From Candidatus Limnocylindria bacterium (lineage in GTDB: Bacteria; Chloroflexota; Limnocylindria; P2-11E): a stretch of 64,000 nucleotides of DNA. The stretch is from positions 21,325 to 85,324 of the forward strand of contig DASYUC010000081.1 in assembly GCA_036001645.1 (NCBI GenBank), given 5' to 3'. A program made the translations under genes and the position numbers. This document shows positions 44,461 to 53,455 of this stretch, piece after piece; positions within the stretch are counted from its first letter, which is position 1, and each line of letters opens with the position of its first letter. The notes beneath the pieces are model-generated. The model saw only the letters and a program-made list of their open reading frames with translations. It was not told where the DNA came from and did no database searches.

Positions 44461-45335
44461 TGGAGGTCGGCCTCGGCCTCGACTCGCGGCTCGGCCTTTC
44501 ATCCGCGCAGCTGCGCGACCTCGCGCCCGAAGCGAGCGCGCTCGGCTACGAGAGCCTCTGGACGAACGCGGGCGTGGACTACGACCCGGTGGAGATGTGC
44601 GTCGCCTGGCATGAGCGCTCCGGCCTCCCGACGGGCGTGTCCGTCGTCCCGATCGCGCGCAACCCGGCGCCGGTGCTCGCGCTCGCGGCGCGCACCGCGC
44701 ACGAGCTCAGCGCCGGGAGGTTCATCCTCGGCGTCGGCTCGGGAAGCGTGAGCGAGCGCCCCATCGCCGCGGTGCGCTCGTACATCGACGAGCTGCGCAA
44801 GATCGCGAAGGACGTCCCGATCTACGTCGGCGCGCTCGGGCCGCAGATGCTCGCCCTCGCGGGCCGCCATGCCGATGGCGCCGCGCTCAACTGGTGCACG
44901 CCGGCGCAGGTGGCGTGGAGCCGCGAGCGCGTCGGCCCGCGCGCGAAGCTCATCGAGTACATCCGCATGTGCGTGGACGACGACGTCGCTGCCGCGCGGC
45001 TCGCGCTGGCGCGACAGATCCTCGCCTACGCGCTGCTCGTCCGGCCCTCGGGCGCTCGTGGCTATCGGACGCACTTCGAGCGGATGGGCTTTGCATCGCA
45101 TCTCGACGAGCTCGAGGCGAAGCGCGCGGCCGGCGTCTCCGAGGACGAGCTCGCGCGCGCGGTGCCGGACGAGATGCTGTCCGCGCTCGGCTATGCCGGC
45201 CCGGCCGCGGGCGCCGCGGCGGCCTTCAAGAGGCTGAGCGCGGGGCTCGATGTCGCGATCGTGCGCGTGCTCGTCGCGCGTCAGGGCAACGTGGAAGGCG
45301 TGCGCGCGACGATGGGCGCCGCGCTCGCCGCCTAG
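44460..45335 (+). CDS. LLM-class (luciferase-like) flavin/F420-dependent oxidoreductase
   Basis: 'LGYESLWT', 'FILGVGSGS', 'PIYVGALGPQMLALAGRHADGAALNW' and a TIM-barrel LLM pattern are present. The GTG start shares one nt with the upstream TAG. Confidence 0.8.
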   Translation: MEVGLGLDSRLGLSSAQLRDLAPEASALGYESLWTNAGVDYDPVEMCVAWHERSGLPTGVSVVPIARNPAPVLALAARTAHELSAGRFILGVGSGSVSERPIAAVRSYIDELRKIAKDVPIYVGALGPQMLALAGRHADGAALNWCTPAQVAWSRERVGPRAKLIEYIRMCVDDDVAAARLALARQILAYALLVRPSGARGYRTHFERMGFASHLDELEAKRAAGVSEDELARAVPDEMLSALGYAGPAAGAAAAFKRLSAGLDVAIVRVLVARQGNVEGVRATMGAALAA

Positions 45336-45433
45336 GACGCGGCGCGAGCCGCCCGGGCGCTCGGGAAATTCGCGTACGACTTAGGCCAGAGAACTCGGAC
45401 GCGGGCAGCTCGCGACTCGTGGAAGATACCTCC

Positions 45434-46525
45434 GTGCGTCTGGCCGTCTCTTTAGTCGGGCTGCTATTCATCGCGGGAGCGTGCGGGTCGGTCGCGAAAT
45501 CAGATTCAAGTCCAGCGCCAACGACGCGTCCCTCGATCGCCCGCCCCGCGCCCGCGACGATCATCAAAGGTGATCCCCCGACACTTCTCCATTCATCACG
45601 GATGGCGGGCGTATTCACCGTTCCGTACTCGGGAGGGTGGCGCTACGACGGACCAAAGGGGACTCTCGAGCCGGCCCGCACCGTCGCAGAACCAATCGAG
45701 CATCCAGCCCTCAGCGGATCGCGCGTAGCGATCGAACGGCAGAGCCCGACTCCCGGCGGCTATTTCGTCTCGACCGAGTTGGCCGTGCGTGACCAGCCGA
45801 CCGGCGCTGAGCGGGTCATCTATCGCGCGCCGGAGCTCTTTTACTGGTCAGGTTGGTCACCCGACGGTCACTATGTCGCGCTCTGGGAGGTCGATTTCTT
45901 CAGCGGCTCGATCGATCTCGATGGCCGGCCTCTGGTGGTGCTCGACGCCGGGACCGGAACGCGCGTCGACTTGGGGCGGACGCTGCTCAACGCGACCACC
46001 GCATGGGCGGCACCCCACACGCTCGCGTTTGTGGCGGGCGGTGGGCGCATGGTCTGGGATACGAAGACGCTAAGGCTTTGGTCATTTGAAACCGGCGTCC
46101 ACGATGTGACGATGCCCGGCGTGGTCGGGTTTGCCCCGGTGTGGACCGCCGACGGGCACGCGCTCTATTTCGTGAGCGGAGTCACTGGCCAATACGACCC
46201 CATCACGTTCTTCATCGGCCGCGGGATCGGCGATCGCAGGATCACCATCTACGACTTTCGAACGGGCACCCAGCGAGAGCTCGCGCACGAAGACGGATTC
46301 GTCGAAGAGGGCGCGCGACCGTCGCGTGACGGTTCTCATCTTCTCGTGCTGCGCCGGAAAATCGTTGCTGCGACGGATCCACTGTCGATCCCAGACGCGC
46401 CGCTCGAGGTGTGGCTTACCAACGCTGAGGGCAAAGAGGGAACACCTCTCTTGAGGGTGGCGAAGGTTGGCTTCGGCTATTACGGGTGGTATCCAGGCCC
46501 GAGCGAATGGGATTGGTCCGAGTAA
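45434..46525 (+). CDS. Beta-propeller (TolB/WD40-like) lipoprotein
   Basis: GTG 45434. Lipobox 'FIAGAC' is present. Repeated 'W[ST]PDG' / 'SRDGSHL' blade motifs are present. Confidence 0.6.
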   Translation: MRLAVSLVGLLFIAGACGSVAKSDSSPAPTTRPSIARPAPATIIKGDPPTLLHSSRMAGVFTVPYSGGWRYDGPKGTLEPARTVAEPIEHPALSGSRVAIERQSPTPGGYFVSTELAVRDQPTGAERVIYRAPELFYWSGWSPDGHYVALWEVDFFSGSIDLDGRPLVVLDAGTGTRVDLGRTLLNATTAWAAPHTLAFVAGGGRMVWDTKTLRLWSFETGVHDVTMPGVVGFAPVWTADGHALYFVSGVTGQYDPITFFIGRGIGDRRITIYDFRTGTQRELAHEDGFVEEGARPSRDGSHLLVLRRKIVAATDPLSIPDAPLEVWLTNAEGKEGTPLLRVAKVGFGYYGWYPGPSEWDWSE

Positions 46526-46572
46526 CGCGGCTTAGCGCCGGCCTCGATGTCGCGATGTTTCGCGTTCTCGGC

Positions 46573-47460
46573 TTACGTGGACCACGGCTGACGCTGCGTT
46601 CCCTGAGGAAATCGCAGACCGGCATCAAACTCGGGTAGCTCGGCCGCAACAAGAGCCCCCGTCTCCTCGACCAGGCGGCCAAGCTCAGCGGCTGCGGACT
46701 CAGGATCGAGCCGAAAGAGCGATTCGAGTCGCTCGGCTAGTCGCGCCGGGGCGAGCGTCATCTTCGCGATGTACGCCCGGGTCCCCTTGAGCTGAAAGCG
46801 TGTGAAGTAGAGACGGTTCAGGCCGGCGAGCACGCCGAGCAGGTTGAACGCTCCTTCCAGGAGCATGTCGAGCCGCCAAAGCTCCGCGTCGCGTTTTGCG
46901 AGCGCGGCGCCTTCGTACCACAGCGGGAAGAAGCGCCAGTAGCGTTGGACCATCGCCAACCGGAGCGGTTCAGGGTAGTGAGCAGCGCGCACTTTCCATC
47001 GCTCGATCAGCTCGTGCCCGTGCATCGCAAGACCCTCGAGAAGACCCGAGAGGATCTTCTGACTCGGTGAGTCGAGATCCATCAGCCGCTCCAATAGGTC
47101 GTCGAGCCTCGTCTCCATCCAGTTGACAGTGGCAAAGGAGAGCTCGACTCGAACGCCGTTCAGGTCGAACTCGTCCGCCGAGAAGTGCTCGGTCCGTTGG
47201 GCTCTCCGAACGGCCTTGGTCCCACCGACGGCTTCGCGTACATCTGTCGCAACGTCCTGCGAAGGGACAAGGTCGACGTAACAGATGAGGTCGATGTCCG
47301 AGTAGTTATCAGCGTCGCCTCGGCCAGCCGAGCCGGCGAGGAGCGCAGCACGAAGCGGCACATGCTCACGCACTCGGTCAAGGACTCCTTCAGCGAGCGC
47401 ACGCAGGTGTTCGCTCGCCGGACTCACACGACCCGATCGTGGCCGCCGGTCTGGTCCCAC
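46573..47460 (-). CDS. Pol-beta-superfamily nucleotidyltransferase with C-terminal helical domain (KNTase/ANT-like)
   Basis: The 'AGSAGRGDADNYSDIDLICYV' NTase motif (G-S-x-x-R-G...D-x-D) is present. The GTG start overlaps the MFS stop by one nt. Confidence 0.65.
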   Translation of the reverse strand: MGPDRRPRSGRVSPASEHLRALAEGVLDRVREHVPLRAALLAGSAGRGDADNYSDIDLICYVDLVPSQDVATDVREAVGGTKAVRRAQRTEHFSADEFDLNGVRVELSFATVNWMETRLDDLLERLMDLDSPSQKILSGLLEGLAMHGHELIERWKVRAAHYPEPLRLAMVQRYWRFFPLWYEGAALAKRDAELWRLDMLLEGAFNLLGVLAGLNRLYFTRFQLKGTRAYIAKMTLAPARLAERLESLFRLDPESAAAELGRLVEETGALVAAELPEFDAGLRFPQGTQRQPWST

Positions 47461-48713
47461 TAGGACGCGGCCGCGTCCGTCGGTTCTTCAATGACCGGCC
47501 GCGGATCGCGGAAGCGACGCACCTCGTCGTCGCGCGCGTTCACGCCGACGATCGCGACCGCGATGAGGGCGGCACCGGCCGTCGCCGCGACCGCCGGGCC
47601 GAACGCTTCGACGGCGAGGCCGGTCTGGAGCTGGGACGTCTGCGCCATGCCGCGCCCCACCAGGAGGAACGCCGAGAGCGTCCGCCCGCGATAGGCCTCG
47701 TCGGCCTGCAGCTGGAAGATGCTGTTGCGCATCGTGGCCCACCACGTATCGGCGAAGCCGACGGCCGCGAGCGTCAGGGCCGAGAGCTCGAACGATCGCG
47801 ACCAAGCGAACGTCGCGAACGACGCGACGTACGCGTAGCCCGAGAGCATCATCGAGCGACCCTTGCGTTCCACGTCGCCGCTCATGACGAGCGCGCCGGT
47901 CCCGACGAGCGCACCGGCGCCAAGAGCGCTGAGCAGGAACCCGAGTCCCTCCGGCCCGACGTGGAGCACATCCTTCGCGACGATCGTCACGAGCGCTGTG
48001 TTCGCGCCGAAGAGGCTGTGGATGGACTCGAGGGCGAGCAGGTTCGCGAGGACCCGCTTGCCGAGCGTGTAGCGGACGCCGTCGATGGTCTCGGCCCACA
48101 GCGACGCCCGAACGCGTGCGACGATCGCCGGCGTTCCCATGAGCAGCAGCGCGCCGATGATCGCGAGGAAGCTCGCCGCGTTGACGAAGTACGGGAGCGC
48201 CGGACCGGTCGTCACGATGAGGATGCCGGCCAGGCTCGGGCCGATGAGCCGCGCGATGCGGAATACCGCGGCGTTCAGCGTGATCGCGTTCTGCATCTGC
48301 GAACGGGGGACCATCGTCGTGTACATCGCTCGCCGGGCGGGCGCGTCGAACGCCTGGAGCGTGGCGTTCATGACGCTGGCGACGTAGATGTGCCAGACCT
48401 GGACCTGGCCGGTCGCAACGACGAGGCCGAGCCCGAGCGACGTGAGCGCCGAGCCGCTCTGCGTGATGAGCAGAAGACGGCGTCGATCGACGCGGTCCGC
48501 GATCGCGCCGGCGAGCAGACCGAACGCGAAGATCGGGATCGCGCGCAGCGCACCGCCGATGCCGAGCAGCACCGGCGAGCCGGTGATCTCGTACAGGAGC
48601 CACGTGGTGAGCGTCTGCTCCATCCAGCTGCCGCACTGCGAGACGGTGAGGCCGGTGAAGTAGAGGGCGAAGTCACGATGACGGAGCGGGGCAAGGCCCG
48701 GAGCGAAGCGCAT
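47460..48713 (-). CDS. MFS transporter (EntS/MFS_3-like efflux type)
   Basis: 'LRHRDFALYFTGLTVSQCGSWM' and 'AGAIADRVDRRRLL' are present, with about 12 hydrophobic helices. Start is taken at ATG 48713. Confidence 0.8.
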   Translation of the reverse strand: MRFAPGLAPLRHRDFALYFTGLTVSQCGSWMEQTLTTWLLYEITGSPVLLGIGGALRAIPIFAFGLLAGAIADRVDRRRLLLITQSGSALTSLGLGLVVATGQVQVWHIYVASVMNATLQAFDAPARRAMYTTMVPRSQMQNAITLNAAVFRIARLIGPSLAGILIVTTGPALPYFVNAASFLAIIGALLLMGTPAIVARVRASLWAETIDGVRYTLGKRVLANLLALESIHSLFGANTALVTIVAKDVLHVGPEGLGFLLSALGAGALVGTGALVMSGDVERKGRSMMLSGYAYVASFATFAWSRSFELSALTLAAVGFADTWWATMRNSIFQLQADEAYRGRTLSAFLLVGRGMAQTSQLQTGLAVEAFGPAVAATAGAALIAVAIVGVNARDDEVRRFRDPRPVIEEPTDAAAS

Positions 48714-48790
48714 CTGCGCGTCATATATTCGTTTTTCTGAGCACACATCGTCTCCGGTTCACTCTCAATGGCTCGCCCCAGTCACTCGAG

Positions 48791-49198
48791 GTGCGCGCGG
48801 ACCGACGGCTCATCGACGTTCTCCGCGACGACCTGGGACGCACCGGGACCAAGGAAGGCTGCTCGATCGGCGTCTGCGGCGCCTGCAGCCTGCTCGTCGG
48901 CGGCGAGCTGCTGTCGGCCTGCCTCCTGCCCGCGCTCTTCGTTGACGGCCTTGCCGTTACCACTGTGGAGGGCCTCGCGCACGGCGACGAGCTCTCGCCG
49001 CTCCAGGATGCGTTCATCCGCGAAGGCGGCTTCCAGTGCGGGATCTGCACGCCCGGCCAGCTCATCGCCGCGACGGCGCTTCTCGCGGAGCGTCCCCGAC
49101 CGAGTGCCGACGAGATCCGCGAGTGGATGATGGGAAACCTGTGTCGCTGCACCGGTTATCACGGGATCACGCGTGCGATCCAGGCGGCCGTCGCGTGA
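48791..49198 (+). CDS. (2Fe-2S)-binding small subunit of a xanthine-dehydrogenase/CO-dehydrogenase-family molybdenum hydroxylase (canonical-start model; the true start is probably upstream, see finding)
   Basis: 'GTKEGCSIGVCGACSLLV...SAC' is the plant-type cluster and 'GFQCGICTPG...CRCTGY' is the second cluster. Conserved N-terminal strand codons lie upstream of GTG 48791. Confidence 0.8.
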   Translation: MRADRRLIDVLRDDLGRTGTKEGCSIGVCGACSLLVGGELLSACLLPALFVDGLAVTTVEGLAHGDELSPLQDAFIREGGFQCGICTPGQLIAATALLAERPRPSADEIREWMMGNLCRCTGYHGITRAIQAAVA

Positions 49199-50055
49199 CG
49201 TACGACTATCACGAGCCCGAGTCCGTCGCCGAAGCCCTCGAGCTGCTCGCGCGCCACGGCGAGGATGCGCACCTCGTCGCCGGTGCGACAGCGTTCACGC
49301 TGCTCTGGCGACAGGGCCTGCTGCGACCGGGACACGTCATCGGTCTGCGCCGCATCGCGTCGCTCGGCGGCATCACGCGCGCGGGCGGCGGACTCACGAT
49401 CGGCGCCACCGTGACCCACCGCGCGATCGAGCGGTCGGACGACGTCGCCGGCTACTGCCCCGCGCTGACGCGCACATTCGCGTCGGTGGCGACCGTGCGC
49501 GTGCGCAATCAGGCGACGCTCGGAGGCAACCTCGCGCACGCCGATCCGGCGCAGGATCCGCCACCGATGCTGATCGCGCTGGGTGCCGAGGTCGTCGCGA
49601 TGTCCGCGACCGGCGAGCGCACGATCCCTCTCGACGACCTGTTCGTCGACGTGTTCACGACGTCGCTGCGCGCCGACGAGATCCTGACCTCGGTGCATTT
49701 CCCGGCGCTCGCACCGGGCACGCGTGCGACGTATCTGAAGTTCCTACCGCGGACCGCCGACGACTACGCGACGGTCTCGGTCGCGGCGGCGCTGCGACTC
49801 GCGGGGGACGGCACCGTCGCCGATCTACGCGTGGCGCTCGGCGCGTGCGGCCCGACGCCGGTGCGCGCGCGGTCGGTGGAGGCGGCGCTGAAGGGCCTGC
49901 GACCCGATGCCACGCGCATCGCGGATGCGGCTGGGCGCGTCGATGCCGACATCGCCCCTTTCGACGACGTCCGCGGTTCGTCCGCATACAAACGCGACAT
50001 GGCGCGCGTATGGACGGAGCGCGCCCTCAGCGAGCTCGTGGGGCGGCGGCGGTGA
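49195..50055 (+). CDS. FAD-binding medium subunit (CoxM/XdhB-like) of the molybdenum hydroxylase
   Basis: GTGA overlap with the upstream gene. 'HLVAGATAF', 'RNQATLGGNLAHADP' and 'DVRGSSAYKRDMARV' are present. Confidence 0.85.
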   Translation: MTYDYHEPESVAEALELLARHGEDAHLVAGATAFTLLWRQGLLRPGHVIGLRRIASLGGITRAGGGLTIGATVTHRAIERSDDVAGYCPALTRTFASVATVRVRNQATLGGNLAHADPAQDPPPMLIALGAEVVAMSATGERTIPLDDLFVDVFTTSLRADEILTSVHFPALAPGTRATYLKFLPRTADDYATVSVAAALRLAGDGTVADLRVALGACGPTPVRARSVEAALKGLRPDATRIADAAGRVDADIAPFDDVRGSSAYKRDMARVWTERALSELVGRRR

Positions 50056-50495
50056 AGCTCTCCCACACCGCCCTCGTCCGGGCGCCCCGCGCGCGAGTCT
50101 GGAAGCTCGTCACCGATGTGCCCGCGGCCGCGCGCTGCGTGCCCGGTGTGGCGGCGGTGACCCCATCCGGCGCCGGGAAGTACAAAGGGTCGCTCCTGGT
50201 GCAGCTCGGACCGGTGCGTCTGGTGCTCGACGGGGACGTCGCGCTCACCGCGACCGACGAGGCCGCAGGAAAAGCTTCGGTACGCGCGGACGCCAAGGAC
50301 TCGCGCCTCGGCGGCACGGTCCGCGCGACGATGGATCTCACGCTGGTGGACAGGGGCGAGGACACGGAGCTACGGATCACCAGTGATGTCCAGATCGCCG
50401 GCCGGATCGGTGAGTTCGGACAGCCGGTCATCCAGCGCAAAGCCGACCAGCTGATGACGCAGTTCGCCGAATGCCTCGCGCGCACGCTCGCGTGA
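50052..50495 (+). CDS. SRPBCC/CoxG-family protein
   Basis: GTGA overlap with the upstream gene. 'RVWKLVTDVPAAARCVPGV' and 'IAGRIGEFGQPVIQRKADQLMTQFAECL' match the CoxG pattern. Confidence 0.75.
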   Translation: MKLSHTALVRAPRARVWKLVTDVPAAARCVPGVAAVTPSGAGKYKGSLLVQLGPVRLVLDGDVALTATDEAAGKASVRADAKDSRLGGTVRATMDLTLVDRGEDTELRITSDVQIAGRIGEFGQPVIQRKADQLMTQFAECLARTLA

Positions 50496-52693
50496 CGACT
50501 ACCGGGGGGCTGCGCCCCCCGGGGACCGCCCACGCCGCCGATGTCCTCGAGACACCCGAGTACCGGGTCGAGGGGCGCGACAAGGTCACCGGCGCGGCGC
50601 GCTACGCGGCGGACATCAAACGACCGGGCATGCTCCACGCCGCATTCGCCGGCAGCCCGTATCCGCATGCGCGAGTGGTTTCGGTCGACGTCGAGGCGGC
50701 GCGCAAGATGCCGGGCGTGCGCGCCGTGCTCACCGGCGCCGACGTGCGGCCGGCGCGTTTCGGCCGCCGTCTGCAGGACTGGCCGGTGCTCGCGTGGGAC
50801 CGCGTGCGCTTCATCGGCGACCGCGTCGCGGCGGTCGCGGCGGACTCGCTCGAGGCGGCGGAGGCCGCGGCCGCCGCGATCGCGGTGGAGTACGAGGAGC
50901 TGAGGGCAGTCCTGGACCCCGAGGCGGCGCTCGCACCGGATGCGCCGATCCTGCATCCCGAAGCGACCGAGTACACGTACTTCGGCGGCGCGAGACCCGC
51001 GCGACCGCACGAGAACATGCAGGGCCACGTGATCGACGAGCACGGCGACCTCGCGGCCGGATTCGAGAGCGCGACGGCCGTCTTCGAGCACGAGTTCAGC
51101 GTTCCGCGTGTCCATCAGGCATACATCGAGCCGCGCGCGAGCCTGGTCTGGATCGAGGGCGAGATCGTTCACGTCGTCACGACGAACAAGGCTCCCTTCG
51201 CGCTGCGCGATCAGATGGCCGTGACGATCGGCATCCCCGCCGCGCGCATCGTCGTGGACACGCCGCATGTCGGCGGCGATTTCGGCGGCAAAGGTCTCTC
51301 GCTCGATGAGTTCGCCCTGTACTTCCTGGCGCGGGCGAGCGGTCGGCCGGTCCGCTCGGTGCTCAGGTACGCCGACGAGCTGCAGATCTCGAACACGCGT
51401 CACGCCGCGCGCATCCGCCTTCGCACGGGCGTCGATCGCGACGGTCACATCACCGCGCACCAGGCGCGGGTGGTCTTCGACGGCGGCGCGTACGCCGCGG
51501 GAAAGCCGGTCGCGGGCCTGCTCCCCGGCGGCCCCACGCTGACGCTCGCCGGCTATCGCGTGCCCGCCGCGCGCGTCGAAGCGGTCGCCGCGTACACGAA
51601 CACCCTTCCCGCCGGACACGCGCGCGCGCCGAGCCAGCCGCAGCTCACCTTCGCGGCCGAGTCGCATCTGGATCTCATCGCGCGCGCGCTCGGGATCGAC
51701 CCGTTCGAGCTGCGTGAGCGCAACGCGATACACGCGGGCGAGACCGACGTCGAGGGCGCCGTGTGGCACGACTCGGAGGCGCCGCGCGTGCTCGCGATGC
51801 TTCGTGCGGCGTCGCGTTCGGGAGGCATGCTCGCGAAGGATCACGGACGAGGTCTGGCTCTCTCCGCGAGACACATCGGCCGCGGCAAGACCTCGCTCAC
51901 GCTCACGCTCGCGTCGGACGGATCGGTCGAGGTGCTCACGGGCGTGGCCGATCAGGGCGGCGGCGCGCACACCATGATCCAGCGCGTGGTCGCGCGCGAG
52001 CTCGGCATCGACACCGCTCGCGTACGTGTGCGACAGGGCGACACCGGTCACGCGAACGTCGATCCCGGCGTCGGGGGCAGCCGCGTCACGCCTGTCGCGG
52101 GCAACGCCGCGCTCGACGGCGCGCGCAAGCTCAAGGCGCGCCTCGCCGAGCTCGGCGTGACGCTGGACGAAGCGGCGCGCCGCGCCGCGCGGCTCGTCGT
52201 CACCGGCGAGGGCGAGCAGAACGAGCACCTCTACGGCGTGTACGCGTACTCGATCGAGGTCGCGGTCGACCGCGAGACCGGCTCGTTCCGGGTCGTCGAT
52301 GCGGTGCTCGTGGCGGACGTCGGCACCGTGATCAATCCGGTGGCGGTGCGGGGGCAGCTCGAGGGCGGGTTCGTGTACGGTCTCGGACAGGCCGTCATGG
52401 AGGAGCTGCGACTGGAAGACGGCCGCGTGACGACGACCAATCTGGGCGACTACAAGATCCCCACCAGCGCGGATGCTCCACCGCTGCGCCTCGTGCTCAT
52501 CACCGACGCGCCCGGTCCCGGTCCCTTCGGCGCGAAGTCCGCGGGTGAGCTCGCCAACCCGGCGGTCGGTGCCGCGATCGCGAACGCCATCGATGCCGCC
52601 GTGGGCGCGCGCGTCATGTCGCTCCCGATCACGGCCGAGAAGGTCCGTTCGGCCCTGCGAACGACGGGCAATCGCTCGGCGGAGCCCGGCTAG
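50492..52693 (+). CDS. Molybdopterin-binding large subunit of the xanthine-dehydrogenase/aldehyde-oxidase family hydroxylase
   Basis: GTGA overlap with the upstream gene. 'RVEGRDKVTGAARYAAD', 'GGDFGGKG' and 'GAKSAGELANPAVGAAIANAI' (catalytic Glu context) are present. Confidence 0.85.
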   Translation: MTTTGGLRPPGTAHAADVLETPEYRVEGRDKVTGAARYAADIKRPGMLHAAFAGSPYPHARVVSVDVEAARKMPGVRAVLTGADVRPARFGRRLQDWPVLAWDRVRFIGDRVAAVAADSLEAAEAAAAAIAVEYEELRAVLDPEAALAPDAPILHPEATEYTYFGGARPARPHENMQGHVIDEHGDLAAGFESATAVFEHEFSVPRVHQAYIEPRASLVWIEGEIVHVVTTNKAPFALRDQMAVTIGIPAARIVVDTPHVGGDFGGKGLSLDEFALYFLARASGRPVRSVLRYADELQISNTRHAARIRLRTGVDRDGHITAHQARVVFDGGAYAAGKPVAGLLPGGPTLTLAGYRVPAARVEAVAAYTNTLPAGHARAPSQPQLTFAAESHLDLIARALGIDPFELRERNAIHAGETDVEGAVWHDSEAPRVLAMLRAASRSGGMLAKDHGRGLALSARHIGRGKTSLTLTLASDGSVEVLTGVADQGGGAHTMIQRVVARELGIDTARVRVRQGDTGHANVDPGVGGSRVTPVAGNAALDGARKLKARLAELGVTLDEAARRAARLVVTGEGEQNEHLYGVYAYSIEVAVDRETGSFRVVDAVLVADVGTVINPVAVRGQLEGGFVYGLGQAVMEELRLEDGRVTTTNLGDYKIPTSADAPPLRLVLITDAPGPGPFGAKSAGELANPAVGAAIANAIDAAVGARVMSLPITAEKVRSALRTTGNRSAEPG

Positions 52694-52717
52694 TATTCGG
52701 AGCTCAGCGGAGGCGCC

Positions 52718-53440
52718 ATGTCGCAGTTCAACGACAAGGTCTCGCCCAAGGACTTCGTGAAGATGCCGCCCGAATACAAGGATCTCCTCATCCGCCTGCT
52801 CACGATCCAGGCGGACTGCGAGATCGGCGGGCCGCACATCTACGTCGACCACTGGACGCTCCGCGCGCCGACCGTCGATGACCAGTGGCGCGTCGCGCGC
52901 ATCGCGTCCGAGGAGATCGACCACTGCCGCAAGATGCTGCGCCTGCTCAACCTCATCGACATCGACCGCTCCGACATCCTCGAGCGACCGCGCAGCAAGC
53001 GTGAGGTCGATGCCTTCAAAGAGGACATGCCGACGTGGGCCGACTTCGCCGCGTTCGGATTCCTCATCGACAAGGTGGGTGAGTACCAGCTCGAGGAGAT
53101 GGTCGGCTCCACCTTCGCGGCCATCGACGACACGCTGCCGATCATCCTGCGCGAGGAGAAGGGCCACGTCGCCTACGGCGAGCAGCAACTTCAGAAGCTC
53201 ATTCAGAGTGGGGCCGCAGGCAAAGCGCAGGCTCAGGCCGCGATCTCGAAGTGGTATGGCATCGGGCTGGACATGTTCGGAAAATCCGGCTCGTCGCGCA
53301 CCGAGCGCTACCTCGAGTGGGGCCTGAAGCGCCGCACCAACGAGGAAGCGCGCCGCCAGTACATCGCCGAGATGGAGCCGAAGATCGCCGCGCTCGGACT
53401 CGTCGTCCCGGATCGTCTGCAGGGCAGGAAGTACCTCTAG
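52718..53440 (+). CDS. PaaA/PaaC-family di-iron protein (phenylacetyl-CoA epoxidase subunit-like), short form with a complete ligand set
   Basis: An SD 'GCGGAGG' lies upstream. E...ExxH is present twice: 'ADCEIGG...ASEEIDH' and 'LEEMVG...REEKGH'. Confidence 0.75.
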   Translation: MSQFNDKVSPKDFVKMPPEYKDLLIRLLTIQADCEIGGPHIYVDHWTLRAPTVDDQWRVARIASEEIDHCRKMLRLLNLIDIDRSDILERPRSKREVDAFKEDMPTWADFAAFGFLIDKVGEYQLEEMVGSTFAAIDDTLPIILREEKGHVAYGEQQLQKLIQSGAAGKAQAQAAISKWYGIGLDMFGKSGSSRTERYLEWGLKRRTNEEARRQYIAEMEPKIAALGLVVPDRLQGRKYL

Positions 53441-53455
53441 CAGATTTTTCGGCGC

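Noticed and set aside
48791-52693. Identification of the Mo enzyme as 4-hydroxybenzoyl-CoA reductase proper
   Set aside because: The FAD subunit (49195-50055) is of ordinary CoxM length and shows no Cys-rich insertion that could hold the extra [4Fe-4S] cluster characteristic of HcrB/HbaC. The substrate is therefore left open.
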